IMG/VR virus record: IMGVR_UViG_3300029319_008466
Coordinates: 18,991 to 82,990 of that record
Length of the DNA: 64,000 bases
DNA from: a virus
Reading direction: 5' to 3' (one strand)
Shown here: piece by piece, positions 51,301 through 59,356 of the stretch
Layout of the letters: every line of letters starts with the position of its first letter
Numbering within the stretch: the stretch's first letter is position 1
Position numbers and translations under genes: made by a program
The notes under the pieces: model-generated
Seen by the model: the letters and a program-made list of their open reading frames with translations, nothing else
What the model was told of the DNA's origin: nothing
Databases searched by the model: none

Positions 51301-51501
51301 ACACCGAACGTCTTTATTATGGACGAGCCAGGCACCGCACTCGATGCTGAAAACATGGAAGGATTCGTTCGTATTTTGGACATGGTTAAAAATTATTATA
51401 AAACTGTTGTATTAATATCACACGTTGATGCCTTGAAAGACTGTGTGGATCATGTTATTAATGTTGAAAAGGAAAATGGTTATGCAAAAGTCAATGTTTG
51501 A
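48340..51501 (+). CDS. Fused SbcD/Mre11 nuclease-SbcC/Rad50 ATPase (T4 gp47+gp46-like)
   Basis: HIADTH, GDLAH, PGNHD and GDIHK (phosphoesterase); Walker A GKNYSGKSS; coiled coil with a CKFC zinc hook; GSGAE signature; Walker B FIMDEP; ISH. Confidence 0.9.
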   Translation: MYKIAHIADTHIKNLKYHYEYRIIFKELYEKLDKEAPDFIVHCGDLAHTKTQLSPEYFELATEFIKNVADIAPLVIIPGNHDGNLKNSNRQDAITPIIQALEHPNIFFFKNSGEFHATPELCFNILSVFDEDNWIDPTDTSKINIALYHGSISNCKTDIGWVMEHGEHELSIFKKFDYGMLGDIHKAQALDFQGRVRYCGSTVQQNHGETNDKGFGIWEIQDKRKFTYRHVELINPKPFITIELTPKGKMPKGIDVPEGSRIRLVSNNNLPLDKMKRAVDVARHRFKPENITFLNRALGKRSDFALSNDDFMKENLRDISVQKRLIREFLKEYEVEEEVLNRILDLNVKYNTVIEESEEVARNINWELNSFEFDNLFNYGESNSINFEKLTGIVGIFGKNYSGKSSIIDAALYTLFNSTSKNERKNLNVINQNKDRGSGRLNISIGDRQFLVERESEKYIKKLKGDETVEAKTDVNFTEFDAIMDEAVSHNGLSRNDTDKNIRKMFGTLDDFLLTSMASQLDSLTFIKEGSTKRKEILAKFLDLEIFDKKYKMAKEDASDLRGALKRLEGREFDEDIEAAKEEIEQSEFSIEEHKQRCKQYQQQMEDTRTLLTEVENKITSIPIDVIDIEAARNTLKGKKNNVHTLLKRNEELTNKNNENNQISIKLASFLKEYNVDSLYDKKQEVDNKTSEYEELLAVLKIKNKDVDTYKKKVKLLENHEYDPDCKFCCENKFVKEAHKAKQKLPDMLSEITDLRKQSVDLLEQIDELDVDKLADYIEKYDKLVERKKEVAQQISVSDLEIQNNVSKLEIFKHEIDNVAKQISLYEDNRESIENLEQLVVKRNEYATLLARTEERCNECKQQLNDLYISHGSYEQKLQNLIEQKKELSELREEYSAYDLFMRCMHTSGISYDIIKKKLPAVNQEIAKVLANIVNFEAFFEDEGRKLNVYIKHPSHEPRPIEMGSGAEKTIASMAIRLALLHVSNLPTPNVFIMDEPGTALDAENMEGFVRILDMVKNYYKTVVLISHVDALKDCVDHVINVEKENGYAKVNV

Positions 51502-51503
51502 AA

Positions 51504-51510
51504 CTATTTA
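51504..51510 (+). promoter_or_regulatory. Putative late promoter motif CTATTTA
   Basis: Recurrent intergenic motif followed by AGGAGG SD. Confidence 0.55.
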
Positions 51511-51536
51511 TCTTATAGCCAAAGGAGGGCTATATT

Positions 51537-51725
51537 ATGAGTAGACATGCAATTTTAGACAAGATAATGGCAAAAGCCATCTCACGAAAATTATTTACCT
51601 TTTTAACAGCAACGGGATTGATGTTGTGGAGTGACCTATCATCAGACACCTGGGGCATGATCGCTATGGTTTATATTGGCACACAAGGCGCTATTGACGC
51701 TATGAAGGAATACAGGCACGGATAA
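51537..51725 (+). CDS. Putative holin (62 aa, two hydrophobic segments)
   Basis: SRK followed by two short hydrophobic helices and a charged tail; strong SD. Confidence 0.5.
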   Translation: MSRHAILDKIMAKAISRKLFTFLTATGLMLWSDLSSDTWGMIAMVYIGTQGAIDAMKEYRHG

Positions 51726-52129
51726 TGACTTGGTTAACATTTGTTTTATATTCTAAAAAGATTTGGGTTTGGTGTAAGCACCACTGGAAGATTCTTGCAA
51801 TTGCCCTATGGACTCTTGTTGTATTTCTAGTCGCTCGAAAAAATGTAAGAGCATATAAAAAGGTCTTAGATACTACAATCCAGAACTACAAGAAAGAGGT
51901 TGATGTTTTGGAAAACTCTCACAGACAAGAAATTGAAAAGAGAAATAAAGCGATTAAAAAACATAACGATGATATCAAAAAACTTGAAGAAAAGTACGCT
52001 GGCGATAAACATCAACTTGATGTTCAAAAGCGCTCTCGATATCTCGAACTAGTAAAAATGTACGATGTTGACCCAGAGAATATTAATAAAATTTTACAGG
52101 AAGAATTTGGATTTAAATATGAAGAATAA
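51725..52129 (+). CDS. Membrane-anchored coiled-coil protein (i-spanin-like)
   Basis: N-terminal TM helix followed by a long coiled coil; follows the holin-like gene. Confidence 0.45.
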   Translation: MTWLTFVLYSKKIWVWCKHHWKILAIALWTLVVFLVARKNVRAYKKVLDTTIQNYKKEVDVLENSHRQEIEKRNKAIKKHNDDIKKLEEKYAGDKHQLDVQKRSRYLELVKMYDVDPENINKILQEEFGFKYEE

Positions 52130-52574
52130 AATTATTGCCAATATGTTAGCTTTTGGGCTAGTGTTTCCTGCCCCTATTTTTGCACAGGACATTGAAGAGG
52201 CAAAATATACACATCTTGATGCCGGGGAAACAGCGCCATTTGCAGGTATATTGTTTAATCCCGCAGCCCTTGCGGAGCTTTTGTCAGAAAAAACATTTTC
52301 TGATGAGGAGTGTGATTTAGAAGTTGAATATCAAGTGTCAAGGGCAAGGACCGAAATGCAATTAAAACTTGACTCTCTACAAATAAGTTACGATGCGTTA
52401 GAAGAAAAGCATCAACTTTTGATGGATATCAAAAATAGCGAGATAGATACTTATAGAGAGATGGCTCTTGACCAGCCAAATAAAAACAATCAATGGTGGT
52501 TAGCAGGAGGAGTGGTTGTTGGTATAGGGTTGTCCCTTGGAACGTTTTATGCCGTAACAGAAATCAATGAGTAA
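52119..52574 (+). CDS. Exported coiled-coil protein with a C-terminal TM segment (spanin-like?)
   Basis: Signal-peptide-like MKNKIIANMLAFGLVFPAPIFA; C-terminal WWLAGGVVVGIGLSLG; start placed at ATG 52119. Confidence 0.45.
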   Translation: MKNKIIANMLAFGLVFPAPIFAQDIEEAKYTHLDAGETAPFAGILFNPAALAELLSEKTFSDEECDLEVEYQVSRARTEMQLKLDSLQISYDALEEKHQLLMDIKNSEIDTYREMALDQPNKNNQWWLAGGVVVGIGLSLGTFYAVTEINE

Positions 52575-52965
52575 ACCAAAAAAAGATCCAAATTATGCGC
52601 TAAGAGTTGAAAAAGCGATTGCTGATAAGTACGGAGCAGAAACCGTACAGCATCCGGCAAAGAATTGGAACTCGGATAAGGAACAAGAATACGCGGAACA
52701 ACTTAAGCTTTTGACTCAAAAGCTTGATAAAATGTCTGAAAAGATTGAAAAAGTAGAAGTTCAGGGAGTTTTGATATCAAAAAAACTACTTAATAAAGAT
52801 AGCAATAGGGTTTGTCACATATGCACTGTTTATTCGTTTGATGCGAGAGATGATGTATACATGAATAAATACGAATGCTGTTTCAAGTGTTATATTCAAT
52901 GGGTTGATGGGAGAGAAGAACGTTGGGCAACCGGATGGAGACCCAACAAAGGAGAAAATAAATAA
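52567..52965 (+). CDS. Hypothetical zinc-finger protein
   Basis: CHIC and CCFKC motifs. Confidence 0.6.
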   Translation: MSKPKKDPNYALRVEKAIADKYGAETVQHPAKNWNSDKEQEYAEQLKLLTQKLDKMSEKIEKVEVQGVLISKKLLNKDSNRVCHICTVYSFDARDDVYMNKYECCFKCYIQWVDGREERWATGWRPNKGENK

Positions 52966-53477
52966 TGGCAACAGTTTTAGATATCGTAAGGGGCATTTCG
53001 CAAGCAGCGGCAAACGCTTACGATGGTTCACAATATGACAATTACTCTCTTGATGGAGAAGCAAGAAAAATTGGTCTCAAAAGAGAAGAGGGGGATCCAA
53101 TTCTTGATTCCCGAGTCGTCGATGGATTTTCTGTTAAATTTCATGGCAACCTTCTGTGCATCAGTTATCAAAGCGATATCAGGCTTAAAGATGTGTACGC
53201 GGGTGATATTGAGGCAGACGTAGAAGAGATGATTCAAAATGTTGCGAACTTTCTCAAGAAAGAATATAAAAAGATCACTGGGGATTCTCTCTCTCTATCT
53301 CCAGAAAGCGAGGTCGATGTGTTAGTCCAAAACACTTCCAAGGTTCGCGTGTTCGTCACTGGAAAACGATTTTATAAAGTAGGAAACCTTGATGGTGTCC
53401 TTCCAGAAACCATCCCATCTGAAGATAGGTTGGATAAGTCTATTCGTGACTTTCTTGCTCTTGGTAAAAACAAATAA
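52965..53477 (+). CDS. Hypothetical protein
   Basis: 170 aa ORF; AGGAG SD; coupled to the upstream gene. Confidence 0.65.
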   Translation: MATVLDIVRGISQAAANAYDGSQYDNYSLDGEARKIGLKREEGDPILDSRVVDGFSVKFHGNLLCISYQSDIRLKDVYAGDIEADVEEMIQNVANFLKKEYKKITGDSLSLSPESEVDVLVQNTSKVRVFVTGKRFYKVGNLDGVLPETIPSEDRLDKSIRDFLALGKNK

Positions 53478-53484
53478 TGCTTAG

Positions 53485-55074
53485 ATGTCGTTTGAACTCA
53501 CAAAAAATGAAATATTAAAAGAAATATTAAAAAGCGGGAAAGACCCCGTTTATTTCATTAACAACTACGCAAGAATTGCCCACCCTCTCGACGGACTGAT
53601 TCCGTTTAAATTATATCCTTTTCAGGAAAAATTATTATACGACTTCAATGACCACCGTTTTAATGTAATTCTTAAGGCGCGTCAATTGGGAATTTCTACC
53701 ACAACGGCTGCTTATGTCGCGTGGATGATGTTGTTCCATCGTAATAAAAATATTTTGGTTATTGCCACTAAGTTTCAGACGGCAGGAAATCTCGTAAAAA
53801 AAGTTAAACACATTATTAAGAACCTGCCTCCTTGGTTGCAAATAGCCAACATTGATATTGACAACCGTGCATCGTTCGTGTTGTCAAACGGATCTGAGAT
53901 TAAAGCTTCTTCCACATCGGGTGATGCTGGTCGTTCAGAGGCGTTATCTCTTCTCGTAATCGATGAGGCTGCTCACGTCGAAGGTCTCGATGAACTGTGG
54001 ACAGGCTTATATCCTACGCTATCAACAGGTGGTCGCTGTATTGCTCTTTCCACTCCCAACGGTGTTGGTAATTGGTTTCATCAAGTTTATGTGGACGCTG
54101 AACAAGAACAAAATGATTTCTTTCCGACAGTTTTGCCTTGGGATGTTCACCCCGATAGAGACCTTGAGTGGTTTGATAAGGAAACGCGCAACATGTCCCG
54201 GCGTCAAATTGCACAAGAGTTGGAGTGCAATTTCAATATGTCTGGCGAGACGGTTATACACCCCGATGATCTAACTTGGATTGAAAGTACAGTTAAAGAA
54301 CCTCAGTATCGAACTGGGTTTGACAGAAACTTGTGGATTTGGGAAAAATCTATAGATGGCTGCAACTATCTTCTTTCGGCAGATGTGGCCCGAGGTGATG
54401 GAAAAGATAGCTCCACACTGCATGTCTTAAAACTTGAAACAATGGAAATTGTTGCAGAATACCAAGGAAAGCCGACACCAGATGTTTATGCGGATATGTT
54501 AAACAGTATCGGGCGAGAATATAACAACGGAATGATAGTTGTAGAAAATAACTCGGTTGGCTTTGCTGTATTATCAAAATTAAAAGAACTGGGTTATAAT
54601 AACATATATTTCTCTATTAAGTCCACTCATCAATATGTTGAACAAATTCAAGGAGAACATATGTCAAATGCTATCGCTGGTTTTTCTACCACCTCTAAGA
54701 CCCGGCCTCTTATCATAGCAAAAATGGAGGAATTCATTAGAAATAAACTAATTACCATATATTCTTCGCGAACTCTAAATGAGTTCAAGACTTTTATCTG
54801 GAACAACGGTCGTCCCGAGGCAATGAGGAGTTATAATGATGACTTAACAATGGCTCTTGCGATTGGTTGCTGGGTAAGAGACACAGCATTTGAAGCAGGT
54901 AAATTGGAGCAGCAATATAGAGATGCCTTTGTCAACTCAATGTTTGTTGCCTCTACAAAAATGAATACACAAATTAAAGGACAAGAAGGATACAGGGCAA
55001 ACGAAAATACTCTTGAACAAAAGCAGAAAGCAATACAAGATATGAAACAGTTTGGCTGGCTTTATAAAGGATAA
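53485..55074 (+). CDS. terL: Terminase large subunit (T4 gp17-like)
   Basis: LYPFQ Q-motif, KARQLGISTT Walker A, LVIDEAAH Walker B and STPNG; nuclease ADVARGDGKD and DDLTMA. Confidence 0.95.
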   Translation: MSFELTKNEILKEILKSGKDPVYFINNYARIAHPLDGLIPFKLYPFQEKLLYDFNDHRFNVILKARQLGISTTTAAYVAWMMLFHRNKNILVIATKFQTAGNLVKKVKHIIKNLPPWLQIANIDIDNRASFVLSNGSEIKASSTSGDAGRSEALSLLVIDEAAHVEGLDELWTGLYPTLSTGGRCIALSTPNGVGNWFHQVYVDAEQEQNDFFPTVLPWDVHPDRDLEWFDKETRNMSRRQIAQELECNFNMSGETVIHPDDLTWIESTVKEPQYRTGFDRNLWIWEKSIDGCNYLLSADVARGDGKDSSTLHVLKLETMEIVAEYQGKPTPDVYADMLNSIGREYNNGMIVVENNSVGFAVLSKLKELGYNNIYFSIKSTHQYVEQIQGEHMSNAIAGFSTTSKTRPLIIAKMEEFIRNKLITIYSSRTLNEFKTFIWNNGRPEAMRSYNDDLTMALAIGCWVRDTAFEAGKLEQQYRDAFVNSMFVASTKMNTQIKGQEGYRANENTLEQKQKAIQDMKQFGWLYKG

Positions 55075-55078
55075 ATAA

Positions 55079-57007
55079 ATGGCAAACAAGAAAAACCCGA
55101 AAAACCCAGAATCACCTTTGTTTAGGCAATTGACACGCCTATTGTCTGGACCCCTTGTAAATTATCGCACACAAACCAGCCGCAAGCTTTCTCGTGTTCA
55201 GCTTGATAAGTTTAAGTTTCAATCTGCCGCAGGTTTAAATTTTAAAAAATCTTCGTACAATCCTTTCGAACAACTTAGCACCGCAATTATGTCTAATCAA
55301 ATGCGTGCTGAGAGATACCAAGACTTTGAGCAAATGGAGTATACACCTGAGATTGCATCAGCCCTTGATATTTATGCCGACGAAATGACCACTTCGTCAG
55401 ACCTTCAGCCCCTTCTTACCATTAAGTGCCACAACGAAGAGATTAAAGCGGTACTTAATGAACTTTATCATACTGTTCTTAATATTGATTTTAATTTATT
55501 TGGATGGAGTCGCACAATGTGTAAGTATGGCGACTTCTTTTTATATCTTGATATTGATGAGCGCCTTGGAATACAATCTGTCGTTGGCTTACCAACACAC
55601 GAGATCGAGCGCCTTGAAGGTGAAGATAAGAGCAACCCCAAGTATGTCCAATTTCAGTGGAACTCTGGTGGGCTTACTTTTGAAAATTGGCAAGTTGCAC
55701 ACTTTCGTATTCTTGGGAATGATAAGTATGCCCCTTATGGCACTTCTGTATTAGAATCGGCACGCAGAATTTTCCGTCAATTAATTCTTTTAGAAGATGC
55801 AATGATGGCTTATCGGATTGTTCGCTCTCCAGAGCGTCGTGTATTTTATATCGATGTTGGAAACGTTGCTCCTAATGATGTTGAGCAATATATGCAAAAA
55901 GTTATGACACAGATGAAGCGAAACCAAGTTGTTGATGCTAACACTGGTCGTGTTGACTTGCGCTATAATCCAATGAGTACTGAAGAAGATTACTTTATTC
56001 CCGTTCGCGGCGGTGTATCTTCTCGTGTTGAAAGTTTACCAGGCGGGTCTTTTACGGGCGATATCGACGATGTAAAATATCTTCGTGATAAATTATTTTC
56101 TGCATTAAAGGTTCCCCAATCGTATCTTACGAATCTTGAGGGTGCCGATGAAGACAAAACCACATTAGCACAAAAGGACATTCGTTTTGCAAGAACAATT
56201 CAAAGACTCCAGCGCTCGATTATTACGGAGTTAGAAAAGATTGGAATTATTCACCTTTATACTCTTGGGTATAAAGGCGCTGATCTTATTAGTTTTAAAC
56301 TGTCCCTCAATAATCCATCGAAACTTGCAGAACTTCAAGAACTTGAACATTGGAAAACCAAGTTTGATATCGCCGCCTCTGCTACAGAGGGCTATTTCTC
56401 ACGTCGCTGGGTTGCTGATCACATCTTTAACCTTTCTGAAGAAGAGTTCATTCGTAACCAACGAGAGATGTTTTTTGATCGCCGCCTTGATGCAGAACTT
56501 GAAGGCGTTGCCACTGCTGTTGAGGGCGAGGCGGGCGGCCCGCTTGGTGGGGAAACTGAAGACCTCGGCGGTGATGACGTGGACGATCTGCTTGGCGGGG
56601 AGCCAGCCGATGAAGAAGGTGGCGGACCTCTCACAGAGCCAGGTGGCGAAGAGCCAGCAGTCGAACCAGAGGAGGACACTCTTCTCGCAGCACCTGGCAA
56701 AAGAGATGATCAAAGGCGCGTTGGCAAGAGTGGTCCAAATAAACGTCGCATGCGCTCAAAAGCACGCAGTGTTGAGATCAACACTGCACGTACAAACTTC
56801 CCAGGAGGGAAAGGTTTTGAGTCATTGGGGCACCTTGGGGGTCTTTCTGGCGAGTTTAGAAAAGCCGGATTATATGAGGAAGATCACAAGCCTACTGATA
56901 ATTTAGAAGAAAGACAATTATTTGAGGTAAAACAGGAGATAAAGAAACTAATTACGGAGTTAGATAACAGCAAGTTAGGTGACAAAAATGAAAAAAACAA
57001 AACATAA
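55079..57007 (+). CDS. Portal protein (T4 gp20-like) with a long acidic C-terminal tail
   Basis: EIASALDIYADE, LLEDAMMAYRIVRSPERRVFYIDVGN, EDYFIP and DDVKYLRDKLFSALKVP. Confidence 0.92.
   Translation: MANKKNPKNPESPLFRQLTRLLSGPLVNYRTQTSRKLSRVQLDKFKFQSAAGLNFKKSSYNPFEQLSTAIMSNQMRAERYQDFEQMEYTPEIASALDIYADEMTTSSDLQPLLTIKCHNEEIKAVLNELYHTVLNIDFNLFGWSRTMCKYGDFFLYLDIDERLGIQSVVGLPTHEIERLEGEDKSNPKYVQFQWNSGGLTFENWQVAHFRILGNDKYAPYGTSVLESARRIFRQLILLEDAMMAYRIVRSPERRVFYIDVGNVAPNDVEQYMQKVMTQMKRNQVVDANTGRVDLRYNPMSTEEDYFIPVRGGVSSRVESLPGGSFTGDIDDVKYLRDKLFSALKVPQSYLTNLEGADEDKTTLAQKDIRFARTIQRLQRSIITELEKIGIIHLYTLGYKGADLISFKLSLNNPSKLAELQELEHWKTKFDIAASATEGYFSRRWVADHIFNLSEEEFIRNQREMFFDRRLDAELEGVATAVEGEAGGPLGGETEDLGGDDVDDLLGGEPADEEGGGPLTEPGGEEPAVEPEEDTLLAAPGKRDDQRRVGKSGPNKRRMRSKARSVEINTARTNFPGGKGFESLGHLGGLSGEFRKAGLYEEDHKPTDNLEERQLFEVKQEIKKLITELDNSKLGDKNEKNKT
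56948..56954 (+). promoter_or_regulatory. Possible late promoter motif CTAATTA inside the 3' end of the portal gene
   Basis: Same motif, 33 nt upstream of the next gene's ATG (56988). Confidence 0.35.
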
Positions 57008-57821
57008 TAAAAAAAGAAATACTGCTTTTTTATACGAAGCTCTCATTAGGGAGATGACAAAAGCAGTTGTTTCAAATGATACTGAAAGAAAAAATAAAAT
57101 TGTAGATATTTTAAAAGAATCTTTTTCATCTAACAAAACTTTGGGAAAAGAGTTGGGTTTGTATCGAGCGCTCCTTGATAGCTCTGAGTTAGATCCTATT
57201 ACAGCAGAAAAGCTTCTTTATCAAATCCGTGAAGCGTATTCTAATTTAAATTCGCAAGAGGTGTATGATGCACAAAGTCATGTTATTAATAGAATTAATA
57301 AAGAGGTTGGCTTAGGGGTGTATAATAATTTTGTCCCAAATTATAAGAGCATTGCCACCGTTTCACAGCTTTTTGGTGTCAAGACCGGTGCATCCGATAT
57401 TAAAAAGGGCGTCATTTTAGAACAGCAAGTTTTACAGACCATTACAAGAAAAAATAGTGACAAAACTAAAAAGCAAATGAAGCCAATTGACAATATTGTT
57501 TTTAAAACGTTCTCTGGAAAATTTAATGACGTTTATTCCGAAGGGCTTTTATCAGAGCAAAAAGAATTGCTCAATCGTTATATTCTTTCGTTTGACAGTG
57601 ACACAGATATTAAAATATATCTTAACGAAGAACTTGCCAGACTTCACACGGCACTTAAGGATGCTTTGAGTTCGAGCGATATTAAAGCAGATAAAAACAT
57701 GACCGAATCAACCAACTCAGTTATTAAAATGATTGAAGAGTTTAAAACTCAGCCGGTTGATAAAAGCCTTGTAGAAAAGGTTCTTAAAATTCAGAACTTA
57801 GTTCACGAGATTTCAGTATAA
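56988..57821 (+). CDS. Hypothetical head-module protein
   Basis: KHNKKRNTAFLYEALI N-terminus; lies between portal and protease; start is ATG 56988 or GTG 56979. Confidence 0.65.
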   Translation: MKKTKHNKKRNTAFLYEALIREMTKAVVSNDTERKNKIVDILKESFSSNKTLGKELGLYRALLDSSELDPITAEKLLYQIREAYSNLNSQEVYDAQSHVINRINKEVGLGVYNNFVPNYKSIATVSQLFGVKTGASDIKKGVILEQQVLQTITRKNSDKTKKQMKPIDNIVFKTFSGKFNDVYSEGLLSEQKELLNRYILSFDSDTDIKIYLNEELARLHTALKDALSSSDIKADKNMTESTNSVIKMIEEFKTQPVDKSLVEKVLKIQNLVHEISV

Positions 57822-58360
57822 TGAGTATTACAGTCAAAATTCCAAAACAACCGGAGAAACTTGGTATTAAAGAAGATATCAAGTTAAAGGTTCGCAAGAC
57901 ACTTGGAAACCAACTTGTTGTTGAAGATCATCCCGATGTTGATATCGTTATCTACCCAGATAGTAAAAAGATTTTGGCTCTTGCAAAACACGTTAACAAC
58001 GAAGAGGTATATGACACACAAGATCGCCTTTTTCTTAAATTAAGGAACGAAGGGTTGATTAAACCAGATAGTGTGCGTGCCGGATATGTTTATGGCTCGA
58101 TGGAAGCACAAATGTTCATAAACGAAGATTACGATATGGTCCAAGCAGCGCTTTATGGAATTAATAAATTTATTGTTGACGAGAAACCATATTTCGAACA
58201 TATTGAAGAATTTGAAAGAGCAGTCGATGACTATCTTACTGAGCCTACACCAGAAGATAGCACGGCACTTGGAGAAGTTCCACAAGAGCCGGTAAAGGGA
58301 ACTATTAGACCAGGGTGGATCCGAGGTCCATACGGCATGAGTATAATGAATAGGACATAA
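57821..58360 (+). CDS. Hypothetical protein
   Basis: 179 aa, TAATG-coupled to the upstream gene. Confidence 0.65.
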   Translation: MSITVKIPKQPEKLGIKEDIKLKVRKTLGNQLVVEDHPDVDIVIYPDSKKILALAKHVNNEEVYDTQDRLFLKLRNEGLIKPDSVRAGYVYGSMEAQMFINEDYDMVQAALYGINKFIVDEKPYFEHIEEFERAVDDYLTEPTPEDSTALGEVPQEPVKGTIRPGWIRGPYGMSIMNRT

Positions 58361-58361
58361 A

Positions 58362-58676
58362 ATGGAGCTTTTATATTTTGTGTTAGCGGCCTATGGGTTG
58401 ACACAAATACTTGTTTACGGAACCATTTTTAATAAAGTTCGCCCAACCAAAGGTTGGTTTGGCGAGCTTTTGTCGTGCCCAATGTGTACAGGCTTTTGGG
58501 TAGGTGCTCTTTTGTTTGGAATAAATGGTTGGACAGAACTATTTACATACGAGTATAATCTCGCCAACCTTTTAATATTGGGTTGGGTGTCATCAGGAAC
58601 ATCATATATCTTAAATGTTATATTTTGTGACAATGGTATACAAATAGGAGCTAACAATGGACAACTGGACAAATAA
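58362..58676 (+). CDS. Small membrane protein with a CxxC motif (DUF1360-like)
   Basis: Three hydrophobic segments; GELLSCPMCTGFWVG. Confidence 0.65.
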   Translation: MELLYFVLAAYGLTQILVYGTIFNKVRPTKGWFGELLSCPMCTGFWVGALLFGINGWTELFTYEYNLANLLILGWVSSGTSYILNVIFCDNGIQIGANNGQLDK

Positions 58677-58719
58677 GTGGATGTTACAACCCGTCAGACG
58701 CTGCTGCAAAGGATCCTAA
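58657..58719 (+). CDS. Unannotated 20-aa peptide MDNWTNKWMLQPVRRCCKGS
   Basis: AGGAG SD (58646-50) 6 nt before ATG 58657; TAA 58717-19; fills the apparent gap before the protease. Confidence 0.55.
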   Translation: MDNWTNKWMLQPVRRCCKGS

Positions 58720-58723
58720 CTCG

Positions 58724-58740
58724 TGCAGGTAGCGCCTGCA
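58724..58740 (+). promoter_or_regulatory. GC-rich RNA hairpin TGCAGG-TAGCG-CCTGCA (SECIS-like)
   Basis: Perfect 6-bp stem in an AT-rich context, with no U-tract. Confidence 0.5.
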
Positions 58741-58753
58741 ACTGGAATAGAAA

Positions 58754-59356
58754 ATGAACAAGTATTTATTAACAGAGTATTATGAACTATGTCCAAATGG
58801 GACATGTGATGATTTATTGACTGAAGATGAAAAACGCATGGTCCGTGAGGAAAATGCAATGTTTTTGACAGGAGTTATGCAGCGTGCCAATCATTTAAAT
58901 GGTAATCGTCGTGTCTATAGTCGTCCAATTTTAGAACGCGAAGTCGAGAATTACAACAAGTTAGTTCGCGAAAGGCGAGCACTTGGTGAATTAGATCACC
59001 CAGACTCAGCAGTTATCAACCTTGCCAATGCAGCACATCTTGTCACAGAAATTTGGTGGGATGGCGATGCTGTTATGGGTAAGGTACAAATTTTGAACAC
59101 ACCATCCGGTCAAATTTTGCGCTCTCTTGTGGAGTCAGGTATCAAGCTCGGCATTTCATCACGAGGCATGGGCTCGGTTCAGGAGCAAAATGGACAAACA
59201 ATTGTTGAAGACGATTTCCAATTGATTTGTTTTGACTTTGTATCCGAGCCTTCTACTACTGGCGCTTTTATGATGCAAGAAAACAAACAACCAAATATCA
59301 TTACAAAAGCGGATCGAATCAATCGAGCATTAAATGATGTACTGAGGAATAAATGA
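58754..59356 (+). CDS. Prohead core protease (T4 gp21-like)
   Basis: NGNRRVY, ALGELDHP, TPSGQIL, GISSRGMGS and DFVSEPST motifs. Confidence 0.93.
   Translation: MNKYLLTEYYELCPNGTCDDLLTEDEKRMVREENAMFLTGVMQRANHLNGNRRVYSRPILEREVENYNKLVRERRALGELDHPDSAVINLANAAHLVTEIWWDGDAVMGKVQILNTPSGQILRSLVESGIKLGISSRGMGSVQEQNGQTIVEDDFQLICFDFVSEPSTTGAFMMQENKQPNIITKADRINRALNDVLRNK

Noticed and set aside
53485-55074. Intein or intron in terminase, primase or portal
   Set aside because: Lengths and motif spacing are normal; no intein-terminal or homing-endonuclease motifs seen
56241-56906. 221-aa alternate-frame ORF inside the portal gene
   Set aside because: TTG start without SD and no recognisable motifs; explained by stop-poor GC-rich low-complexity coding in the portal tail
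58724-58740. Rho-independent terminator
   Set aside because: No U-tract, and it lies 13 nt before the protease start within an apparent operon; kept as a SECIS-like/regulatory hairpin instead
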